Origin: Candidatus Latescibacterota bacterium
Lineage (GTDB): Bacteria > Latescibacterota > UBA2968 > UBA8231
Assembly (NCBI GenBank): GCA_965203175.1
Contig: OZ241867.1
Span: 1,024,001 to 1,088,000 of the forward strand
DNA: 64,000 bases
Direction of reading: 5' to 3'
Shown here: in pieces, positions 49,886-58,306 of the stretch
How the letters are laid out: each line of letters begins with the position of its first letter
How positions within the stretch are numbered: position 1 is the stretch's first letter
Translations under genes and position numbers: made by a program
Notes under the pieces: generated by a model
The model's database searches: none
Told to the model about the DNA's origin: nothing
Seen by the model: the letters and a program-made list of their open reading frames with translations, nothing else

Positions 49886-50683
49886 ATGCAACCCTTAGCC
49901 ATTCGCATCCTATCTCTCGCGCTGATCGCCATCTCCAGCGCAGCAGCCGTCGAGACCAAGTATCCCCACGGCGGCTTTGAGCCCCGCCTCGACAAACTCC
50001 AGGGCTTGCTTGACTATGTCCACACCGCGAAGAAGATCAAGGTCAAAGCCGGTCCCAAGTTGTGGCAGGCCATCGAGTCTATTCCCGTCGCGACGGGCGT
50101 CCCCATCACCCCCGCGCAAGAAGCCAACCTGCGCGACTGGCTCTACGACTTTCTCGTCGCCTTCTCCGCCTCGGGCAATGACAGCCTCGCCGCCGAGTTT
50201 TATCTCCGCGAGGGCGCCAACAACCCCACGGCCTTGAAGAACATGAAAGAGACTCTAGAGAGCTGGGGCATTCCCAAAGGCGACACGCCCTTTGACCTGT
50301 TCCGTGCCATGCACCGAACCGTACTCGACGATCAAGGCTATGCATACCGCTTTGGCAACGTCTTCTTTCGCCTCAGCACGTTCAAGGTGTTCGAGATGCA
50401 GGGGCAGTACGAGAATTATCGGTCGCACCCGATGAACGTCGTCAAGGCGAGGTTCAAATTGCAAAAAGAGGTTGAATCGGCACTGCGAGCTGGCGAGAAG
50501 CGCGTTTTCACCGACATCGCGTTTGTCACCGAAGAGCCGACCGAGTTCGCCGGGTCTCAAGGGCCAATATGCACCCCCTTCTTCTGTCGGCTAGTCTGGG
50601 ATCCAGAGCGGACAATGTGGCGCTTTGTAGAGGTCTTCTACACCTCCAAACGGCCGAATCCTTTCCTATTCTCGGCCATATAA
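49886..50683 (+). CDS. Secreted hypothetical protein
   Basis: AAGGAGG RBS and signal peptide MQPLAIRILSLALIAISSAAA. No family recognised. Confidence 0.75.
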   Translation: MQPLAIRILSLALIAISSAAAVETKYPHGGFEPRLDKLQGLLDYVHTAKKIKVKAGPKLWQAIESIPVATGVPITPAQEANLRDWLYDFLVAFSASGNDSLAAEFYLREGANNPTALKNMKETLESWGIPKGDTPFDLFRAMHRTVLDDQGYAYRFGNVFFRLSTFKVFEMQGQYENYRSHPMNVVKARFKLQKEVESALRAGEKRVFTDIAFVTEEPTEFAGSQGPICTPFFCRLVWDPERTMWRFVEVFYTSKRPNPFLFSAI

Positions 50684-50699
50684 CCGGCCTTTTCTCGCG

Positions 50700-50937
50700 C
50701 TTTCACACCAACAAGGGCGACACATTAAAGAAAGGGTCGGGAACAGAGCACGCTGGCGGAGCTTGCGGCCTGACCCCGGACGTGCCGCCGGGAGAATACC
50801 GGTTGGTGGCGGAGGTCAAAGTTGACGGCGTAATGGGGAAATACGCGAGTCGGAGTTCCATAGTAATAGCTGGTGCTCTTGGGACAGCGGTCGATGCCGT
50901 CACTTGGGGAGCGCTCAAATCGAGAACGACGCGCTGA
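50700..50937 (+). pseudogene. Orphan 3' remnant of a secreted protein ending in a TWGxLK tail
   Basis: PDVPPGEYRLVAEV...TAVDAVTWGALKSRTTR*, with no credible start or RBS. The 5' limit is approximate. Confidence 0.5.
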
Positions 50938-50991
50938 CCTAGTGGTGACTTCTGGCGAATTTCAAACGGACACGCTATCGCAGGTCCCCCA

Positions 50992-51157
50992 CCATTCGCG
51001 GGTCCTGAGAACCAGCAACGAATGGCAAAAGCAAACGCGACGGACCGGCCGAATTGACCTAATCCCGTCCGTCGCAACCCGGGCCGGGGGAGTGGTGGCC
51101 TCCGGCCCGGTCGGGCAAAAGCGGCGGACGGATTGGCCCAATGCCGTCCGCCGCAAC
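50992..51157. other. Array of four adjacent hairpins containing a duplicated covarying unit (ncRNA or BIME-like)
   Basis: Stems 50992-98/51019-25, 51037-45/51067-75, 51079-90/51099-110 and 51121-31/51144-54. Confidence 0.55.
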
Positions 51158-51306
51158 TCTTTTGCGAGTTTGAATAAAAAAATCCCGTTTCCTTATGTTT
51201 GAATAGCGGGGCCCAAACCACCGGAGTTGCCATGTCTGTCCAGCCTACTCGCGCATCGTCTCTAAGAAGAGCCGTCTCAAAACCCGTTCTAAAGGTGTGT
51301 TGTCTT

Positions 51307-54306
51307 ATGAAGCCTCTGATCGGCAGTCTCATCGGATTGATGCTGAGCGTCAGCATCTGCACCGCGAGCGAAACCGAGCAACACTACTCGCCCCAAGAGC
51401 TAAAAGCAGCGAAATCAAAACTGCGCGAGCACAATCGGTTGTGGACGTTTGAGGAGGGAGCCATCCTCGGCCGTGAATGGACTAGCCGCGCGCCAGAGGA
51501 CGCCGAACTGCGGGCACTCTACGCGCGTCAGCTAGAGGGACAGTTGGACGGACACCGAGAGATCCAAGAGCAAGCCGACGCGATCTTGGAACGGGAGCCG
51601 GACAACCCGTGGGGACTCTACGCGCAAGCACTCGCGTTTCTGACGGACTGGCAGTATTTCGACGAGGCAGCCGAGTCTAGCTTGCGCGCTTGGAGGCTGC
51701 TGCCCCAACCGGAGTTCGCCGCAACATATCTTCAGGCGCTTCGGTTCAGAAACGCGGAAGCGGGGCTGGCATTTTTGGACTCTGTGGATGCGGAGACGCT
51801 CCAGCATCCCGAGGTCCTCCATGCCCGCGCGGAACTCGAGTACCGGGCACAGTACGCGCTGAATGATCCCGCCTATGCGGACACGAGCCTCGCTACCCTG
51901 GCCACGCTGCGAGCGCGTTGGCCCGGCCACGTCAGCGGCTACCTTAGCGCCGCGCAACAGCTACACCGGTCCGACAAGCCGCAGGAGGCACTCCCGCTGA
52001 TCGAAAAGGCTATTCGTCTCTCCCCAAGCTCCGCGGATGTGCGCTACTTGCATTGGCAGATTCTCAACGAGACGGATCAGCTCCCCGCCGACGAGCGACA
52101 CACCGCTATCGAGGCCAGCATCGCCGCCTATCGGCAGGCCGTGCCGGAGACCGTACGCGGCCTCGCCTTGCTCACCACGGCTTATAGGAATGTACTCGAG
52201 GACGAAGAGCAGGCCGCGGCGTTCGAGGCGAAGCTGATGGCGCAAGCTTCCACGAGTTGGCATGCGTCGCGGGTCCACCAAGAGAAGTTCCAACGGGAGT
52301 ACCAACGATTACAGTCCGAGTTGGAGCGCATCGTCCGCAGGGACGCGCCCGAGTACCAAAATCGGCTTCGCCTCATCTGCGACGCGGCCTATCGGTTCCT
52401 CGAAAAACCCCTCTACGACGATAGCTTCCGCGAGGGGCCGTACCGAGCGCTTCTTAGTTCCCTAAGCGCCATGAAGCCGATTCCGGCCGAAGAACTCGCC
52501 GAGGCGGTGCGCGGCTTGGTCCGGTACGAGCAACAGTCCAACCCGTACGTAACGTACGGTGCCCTTATCTTGATGACCGACCGCACGCCGTATGCCGAGG
52601 AGGCCGCCGAACTCGCTCAGGGCGTCATACAAGCCATGCTCGATAGAGCCGAAGAGGATACGTGGGGGGAGGGTCGGCTGAACTTCTACTTGGGCCTCGT
52701 CTACGACGCCCTGGGGTGGGCTCTCTACAAAGCGGGTCGCGTCGAGGAAGGCCGCAACGAGCTTGAGCGGGCACTGAAGTTTTCGCAGAGAAACACCCGT
52801 GCGCACTATCACTTAGGCCAGATGTTCGAGCACATGGCGACCGAGGCCGAGGCTCGGAATTCCGTCGAGGCAGCCGACACTTGGCTCGACAAGGCGGCGG
52901 ACGCCTATCTCGCCGGCCTCAAAGTCCGAAGCTGGGGCCCCAATCCCTGCCAAGCGGCCCTAGCCGCGCTGTACGAGCGCCGACACGGCTCGCGCGAAGG
53001 ATTCGACGAGTATCTCGCCACACTCCGCGGCGAGGACGCTCCCAGTCAGATCCGCTTAACGCCCAAGATCGACCTCCACCTCCAACCAACCCCTGTTGAG
53101 GGACTCCCCGACCGCACGCTCAACCTCCCGCCCGGCTTTAAGGTCAAACTCTTCTCCGACCAGGTAGATAAAGCCCGCTTCATGGCTTGGGACGACCAAG
53201 GCGTCCTACACGTGGCCAACATGAAGCCTCAGAGTACATGGAGCCCGGTCCCCGGCCGCCAAAGCACGGTATTGGCCTTGCCCGACAAAGACGGCGACGG
53301 TCGCGCCGACACCGTGTACATAGCGGTCAATGACCTCAACTGGCCCCACAGCATCGCCTTCTACCAAGGCGCACTCTTCGTCGCCGACGATGATGCGATC
53401 TACCGCCTCGAAGACCGCGACGCGGACGGCTTTTACGAGGAGCGCGCCGTCTTCGCCGAGGTGCCCGGTTTCATGGGTCGTCCCGTTGAGCACGTGACGC
53501 ATACGCTGGTTTTCGACGAGTCCAACGACCGGCTCTACTTCCACATTGGCTCAAGTTGCGACCTATGCCGCGAAGACGACCCGGAACGGTCCACCGTCAT
53601 GCAGATGAACGCCGACGGCACGGGTCGGCGGATCTATGCTTCAGGACTGCGCAATGCCATCGGCCTCGCCTTGCACCCGACCACCGGCGAACTCTGGGCT
53701 GCCAACACTGGGCACGACCGCGAGGGCCCAAACCTGCCGCCAGAGTGGGTCACCCCGCTCCGCGACGGCGGCTTCTATGGCTGGCCGTTGGCGTACGGGG
53801 ACAAAGTCTGGACCGATTTCTCCTCCTACGGAAGGTCCATCTTGCCGCTGACCGCTGCCGATTCGCTGTTAGTTGCCAACATGGATACTCCAGCCGTCCT
53901 CATTCCCGCCCATTTGGCACCCATGGCGCTGCATTTCTACGAGCGCGACCAGTTTCCTCCTCAGTACAAACACGCCGCGTTTGTCGCCTGCCGCGCCGGA
54001 GCTTTGGGCAACGATCCCGGCTACAAGGTCATGGTGCTCTTTGCCGAGCCGGACGGCTCCAATGCCCGCGTCGCCGATTTTCTCACCGGCTTCCGGCTCG
54101 ATTCCGACGAGGACAACGGGGATGCCGGATTGAGTGGATTATTCGGTTTTTTCTCTTTTAATTCCAGTAACGCGTGGGGTAAGCCGGTTGGGCTAACTAC
54201 GGACGAGGCCGGATACCTTTATTTGTCCAGCGACGAAGACACCCAAGCCATCTTCCGCATTGAGGCCAGCCCCGTCGAGGGTACGTGGGAAAATCCTAAA
54301 CCCTGA
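51307..54306 (+). CDS. Secreted TPR protein fused to a PQQ-dependent sugar (sorbosone) dehydrogenase-like propeller
   Basis: N-terminal ~570 aa paralogous to 46595. Then LPPGFKVKLF, IGSSCDLCRE, ASGLRNAIGL, GGFYGWP and HLAPMAL. Confidence 0.85.
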   Translation: MKPLIGSLIGLMLSVSICTASETEQHYSPQELKAAKSKLREHNRLWTFEEGAILGREWTSRAPEDAELRALYARQLEGQLDGHREIQEQADAILEREPDNPWGLYAQALAFLTDWQYFDEAAESSLRAWRLLPQPEFAATYLQALRFRNAEAGLAFLDSVDAETLQHPEVLHARAELEYRAQYALNDPAYADTSLATLATLRARWPGHVSGYLSAAQQLHRSDKPQEALPLIEKAIRLSPSSADVRYLHWQILNETDQLPADERHTAIEASIAAYRQAVPETVRGLALLTTAYRNVLEDEEQAAAFEAKLMAQASTSWHASRVHQEKFQREYQRLQSELERIVRRDAPEYQNRLRLICDAAYRFLEKPLYDDSFREGPYRALLSSLSAMKPIPAEELAEAVRGLVRYEQQSNPYVTYGALILMTDRTPYAEEAAELAQGVIQAMLDRAEEDTWGEGRLNFYLGLVYDALGWALYKAGRVEEGRNELERALKFSQRNTRAHYHLGQMFEHMATEAEARNSVEAADTWLDKAADAYLAGLKVRSWGPNPCQAALAALYERRHGSREGFDEYLATLRGEDAPSQIRLTPKIDLHLQPTPVEGLPDRTLNLPPGFKVKLFSDQVDKARFMAWDDQGVLHVANMKPQSTWSPVPGRQSTVLALPDKDGDGRADTVYIAVNDLNWPHSIAFYQGALFVADDDAIYRLEDRDADGFYEERAVFAEVPGFMGRPVEHVTHTLVFDESNDRLYFHIGSSCDLCREDDPERSTVMQMNADGTGRRIYASGLRNAIGLALHPTTGELWAANTGHDREGPNLPPEWVTPLRDGGFYGWPLAYGDKVWTDFSSYGRSILPLTAADSLLVANMDTPAVLIPAHLAPMALHFYERDQFPPQYKHAAFVACRAGALGNDPGYKVMVLFAEPDGSNARVADFLTGFRLDSDEDNGDAGLSGLFGFFSFNSSNAWGKPVGLTTDEAGYLYLSSDEDTQAIFRIEASPVEGTWENPKP

Positions 54307-54311
54307 ATTAC

Positions 54312-55529
54312 GTGAAACGCCTCCCACTCATCGCCCTCTGCTGTGTGTCGCTGTACTCCTGCGTCAAACGCCTCGTTGACTCGGACATGCAGCCTCTGTC
54401 TGCGACAACTCCTCAAATAATGGTCCACTACATGCCCTGGTACGCGTCAAAACCGATCAGCGGCGAATGGGGCTGGCACTGGACCATGAACCACTTCGAT
54501 CCCGACACCATCGCCGACGACGGCCGCCGCGAAATAGCCTCTCATTACTACCCATTGATCGGGCCGTACGATTCAAACGACCCACACGCATTGGAGTGTC
54601 ACGTCCTGCTTATGAAGTTCGCGGGCATCGACGGCGCAATCATCGACTGGTACGGCATCAAAGACCACCGCGATTACGCCGCGATCCACCGAAATACGAA
54701 TCACCTAATCACATACATCAAAAAGGCCGGATTGAACTTCGCCATTTGTTACGAAGACCAAACGATAAAACACCTCGTCAACGATGGAGTTCTCCGCGAG
54801 AGCGAAGCCCTCAGCCACGGCCAGGAAGTCTTGCGCTGGATGCAAGACCACTGGTTTGTCGCCGACGAATACGCCAAGATCGCCGGCCGGCCTCTGCTCC
54901 TCGTATTCGGCCCGCAGTACTTCAAAGGGGCGGCGTGGAAGGAGCTGTTTTCGGGCTTGTCGCAACCTCCGTACTTCTACACTCTGAATACACTTCAAGA
55001 AGGAGCCGACGGGGTATTCGGGTGGCCTCCAGTACACGGCGGCCGCGTCGTGCCCCCTGCCACTTGGCGCGCCTACCTAAGCCAGCTCTACGAAAAGGAC
55101 GGCGTCGGCACGGCGTTCCCCAAGTTCCACGACATCTACGAGGAAGCCGGTGTGCGCGAAAGCTACGGCTACCTAGATGACCAAGAAGGCGCGGTGTTTG
55201 GGGAGACGCTAGCACGCGCCGGGGAAAGCGCGTCGCTGATCCAGATCGTCACTTGGAACGATTACGGCGAGGGCACCATAATCGAGCCGACGATAGAATA
55301 CGGCTATCGCTATCTCGAAACGTTGCAGAACTACCTCAGAAAGCACGCTGGCAAAACTTTTCCGTACAGCGCAGAAGACCTGCGGCTACCCATCGCGCTA
55401 TACCAGCTTCGCCAGCAAGCAGCAGCGGACGGGCGGGCGTCCACACATCTCGACAGCGCCGCAGCATTTCTGTTCGCGTCTAAGAATGAGGCCGCGAGAA
55501 AAATACTGCTTCGGGACGCCATTGACTAG
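54312..55529 (+). CDS. Glycoside hydrolase family 99/71-like protein, probable lipoprotein
   Basis: LYSC lipobox-like, VHYMPWY, YPLIGPYDS and QIVTWNDYGEGT.IEP. Confidence 0.8.
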   Translation: MKRLPLIALCCVSLYSCVKRLVDSDMQPLSATTPQIMVHYMPWYASKPISGEWGWHWTMNHFDPDTIADDGRREIASHYYPLIGPYDSNDPHALECHVLLMKFAGIDGAIIDWYGIKDHRDYAAIHRNTNHLITYIKKAGLNFAICYEDQTIKHLVNDGVLRESEALSHGQEVLRWMQDHWFVADEYAKIAGRPLLLVFGPQYFKGAAWKELFSGLSQPPYFYTLNTLQEGADGVFGWPPVHGGRVVPPATWRAYLSQLYEKDGVGTAFPKFHDIYEEAGVRESYGYLDDQEGAVFGETLARAGESASLIQIVTWNDYGEGTIIEPTIEYGYRYLETLQNYLRKHAGKTFPYSAEDLRLPIALYQLRQQAAADGRASTHLDSAAAFLFASKNEAARKILLRDAID

Positions 55530-55577
55530 AGCGGAAAGAGGAAATACCCTTTGACGACCTTTCACTAGGAGCATGTC

Positions 55578-56552
55578 ATGGGCCTAACCATTGCCGAACG
55601 CCAGCAATTCCAAAACCTCGGCTACGTAGTCAAAGAAGACATCTACTCCCAAGCCGATCTCCAACCCCTCAAAGACGGCCTCACCGCCGTCATTGACCAG
55701 ACTTGTGCCACTCTGCAAGAAGAAGGGCTACTCGGCGCGGAGACCTTTGCCGCCGAACCCTTTGAAACCCGGCTCGGCACCCTCTTCAAAGCCAATGTCG
55801 AAGTCGGCGAGCGCGTGACCCGAACGATCATGGGGCACGGCGGCGGCGGCTTTAAAGAACAGGCCATTCTCGACTTTTTGCGCCATCCGCCGCTCGTCTC
55901 CTGCATCGAAAGCCTCGTCGGCCCCGACATCATTGGCTCGTCTGTGTACCGCATCCGTCCCAAGGCCCCCGGCTACTCGCGCGGGGCCGTGCCCTGGCAC
56001 CAAGACTCGGGCTACTTCATGCCTCATTGCGACGGAAGTCTGATCGTAACCTGCTGGATTCCCCTCGTCGATGCCACCATTGAAAACGGCTGCCTGTACG
56101 TCCTCCCCAAGACGCACCGCAGCGGCGTCTACCGCCATTACACCGGCGGGCAAGGCGGGTATCTCGAAATCGCCCGCGAAGACCTGCCCACCCCCGAGCC
56201 GGTGGCCTGCCCAATGCGCGCCGGGTCGGTGCTCTTTATGACCAATCTCACCCCGCACGCTTCCTTTGAGAACAACACCGACATCGTCCGCTGGAGCGTC
56301 GATCTCCGCTACCAAGACGCCGAGATTCCGAACAACATCGGCGAAGACCCCGCAGACTTCGACCCGGAACGCGACCCGGTCACCATGGCCTGCTGGCCTG
56401 GGGAGGGCGACTTTGTCATCAAAGACGTGCAAAACCCAGAGCGCGAAGTCACCAACGTCGCCGACTTCAAGGAAATCCGCACCCGCTACGAACAAACCCG
56501 CGTCCACAATCCCGGCCGCGGCTGGACCCCTTTTGCCGAACGCCAAGTCTAA
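55578..56552 (+). CDS. Phytanoyl-CoA dioxygenase family protein
   Basis: PWHQD, WIPLVDA..ENGCL, PHAS..N and R.SVDLRY. Confidence 0.9.
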   Translation: MGLTIAERQQFQNLGYVVKEDIYSQADLQPLKDGLTAVIDQTCATLQEEGLLGAETFAAEPFETRLGTLFKANVEVGERVTRTIMGHGGGGFKEQAILDFLRHPPLVSCIESLVGPDIIGSSVYRIRPKAPGYSRGAVPWHQDSGYFMPHCDGSLIVTCWIPLVDATIENGCLYVLPKTHRSGVYRHYTGGQGGYLEIAREDLPTPEPVACPMRAGSVLFMTNLTPHASFENNTDIVRWSVDLRYQDAEIPNNIGEDPADFDPERDPVTMACWPGEGDFVIKDVQNPEREVTNVADFKEIRTRYEQTRVHNPGRGWTPFAERQV

Positions 56553-56564
56553 AGGAATAACGCG

Positions 56565-57572
56565 ATGAAAACCTATCTCGAAGGTTGCGGCGTCCCTACA
56601 GCCCAGATCGGCCAAGCCGAGATTCCCCGCCTGATTATGGGGATCCATCCCTACGATGGCTGTTCCTATCAGAACAAGGAGCGCGACGCTGAAAATTTTC
56701 GCGCTTTTAGCCGCGTCCAATCCGTCGCCGATGTGCTGCGCTACGCGGTCGAAGAGGGCGGCATCACTGCCGTCCAAGTGGACCACATGCTGCCCGAACT
56801 CGACCGCCTGCACCTGCAGGCGATCTGGGAAACCGAACAACAGACCGACACTCAAATCGGCATGGTGGCCTACATCCTAATCCCGGTAACCTTAGACGGC
56901 GAAATCGTCTCCTATTCCGAGCGCGCCCACTCGACCTTCTACGCCCGCAACGAAGCCCTCGGCGGCGCGGCCTTCCGCGAACACTTCCACCGCGACGACA
57001 TCATCCACTACAACTTAGGCGACACTTTCGACGGCATCGTCACCCCAGAGACTGTGCCACCGTACACAGAAGAAGACGCTGCCCGCTTCGAGATCGACTA
57101 CGGCATCCTCGAACAATATCTGGGCTTCTTCGCCGGCTGCGATATCCTCATCGCCGACCCTGGTGCCGAAATCGACCTGCTGGCGATGACCGGCCGCTTC
57201 GACCTGATCCACGAGTACTTGGGCTTTCTGCGCCAGCGCTTCGACACCGTTATCACCAGCGTCCACCACGCTGGTGTCACCCTACCGCTCCTCGAAACCG
57301 AAAACATCCCCGTCGATGGCTATCTGACCACCGTCAATGCCCCGGGCACCTTCATGTTCCCCAATCGCGATATGGCCATTGACGCGATCAAAAACTCCAG
57401 CAAACCCGTCATCGCCATCAAGCCGTTGGCTGGCGGGCGCTACCTTGGCCACAAGGCATTCGAATATGTCTTCAAAGAGGTAGGCGTCTCGGCCTCGATG
57501 TTTGGGATGGGCACCCTAGGCCAAGTCCGCGAGACTACGCAGGCCGCACGGGAAGTTCTAGGAGTTGCTTAA
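56565..57572 (+). CDS. Hypothetical protein with AKR-like TIM-barrel features
   Basis: IPRLIMG, KPVIAIKPLAGGR and FGMGT. Confidence 0.6.
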   Translation: MKTYLEGCGVPTAQIGQAEIPRLIMGIHPYDGCSYQNKERDAENFRAFSRVQSVADVLRYAVEEGGITAVQVDHMLPELDRLHLQAIWETEQQTDTQIGMVAYILIPVTLDGEIVSYSERAHSTFYARNEALGGAAFREHFHRDDIIHYNLGDTFDGIVTPETVPPYTEEDAARFEIDYGILEQYLGFFAGCDILIADPGAEIDLLAMTGRFDLIHEYLGFLRQRFDTVITSVHHAGVTLPLLETENIPVDGYLTTVNAPGTFMFPNRDMAIDAIKNSSKPVIAIKPLAGGRYLGHKAFEYVFKEVGVSASMFGMGTLGQVRETTQAAREVLGVA

Positions 57573-57583
57573 TCTGCTCAAAC

Positions 57584-57631
57584 TGTCATGCTGAGCGGAG
57601 CGCAGCGAAGTCGAAGCATCTCACACCCAAG
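57584..57631. repeat. REP-like intergenic element, copy 2
   Basis: TGTCATGCTGAGCGGAGCGCAGCGAAGTCGAAGCATCTCACACCCAAG. Confidence 0.6.
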
Positions 57632-57660
57632 AAGCCTGTGCGCAACATCGGCGACATAGT

Positions 57661-58257
57661 ATGAACTTCACCCACTGGATTTTCGATCTCGATAACACTC
57701 TGGCCGATAGCGCCATCGATTTCAATGCTATTCGCCAGGAACTGGGCCTGCCTTTGGGAAAAGGCATGCTAGAAGAAATTGACACCCGCCCCGCTGCCGA
57801 AGCGGCTGCGCTCAGACGCCGCCTTGCCGCGCTCGAACGCGAGTACGCCCTCTGCGCCCAGCCCTTACCCGGCGTCCACGCACTGCTGAGTTCACTGGTC
57901 CAACGCGGTTTTCAGCTCGGCATCCTCACCCGCAACAACCACGCCAATGCATTGCAGACGCTCGCCGTCTGCGACCTCGCCGAATTCTTCGATCCCGCCC
58001 ACGTCTTAGGCCGCGACGAAGCCGCCCCCAAGCCCGATCCCGATGGCATCCGCAAGCTGCTCGACGCTTGGGGTGCAGAGCCAGCAACCGCCGTGATGGT
58101 CGGCGACTTCCGCTACGACCTCGAAGCCGGTCGCCGCGCCGAGGTCACCACCATCTACTACGATGCTGCAGGTCAGGACCTCTGGACGGCTGAAGCCGAC
58201 ATCCGTGTCCAAAGCCACGCCGAGTTGCTCGCGCTGTTGCGTCGGGCACACGACTGA
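57661..58257 (+). CDS. HAD-superfamily hydrolase
   Basis: FDLDNTL, ILTRN, KPDPDG and MVGD...D. Confidence 0.9.
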   Translation: MNFTHWIFDLDNTLADSAIDFNAIRQELGLPLGKGMLEEIDTRPAAEAAALRRRLAALEREYALCAQPLPGVHALLSSLVQRGFQLGILTRNNHANALQTLAVCDLAEFFDPAHVLGRDEAAPKPDPDGIRKLLDAWGAEPATAVMVGDFRYDLEAGRRAEVTTIYYDAAGQDLWTAEADIRVQSHAELLALLRRAHD

Positions 58258-58306
58258 GACCATTCCCGTCCAAGCCCTTGCTTGCCGCCAACAAAGACGG
58301 TTGACC

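Noticed and set aside
50992-51157. c-di-GMP (GEMM) riboswitch or integron attC sites
   Set aside because: GCAAA is present but the GNRA loop/receptor layout is not. There are no RYYYAAC...GTTRRRY boxes and no integrase.
55728-56855. 375-aa antisense ORF, and similar long antisense ORFs such as 61098-62132 and 25452-26174
   Set aside because: They lie opposite well-supported genes, as expected in GC-rich coding DNA, and carry no motifs.
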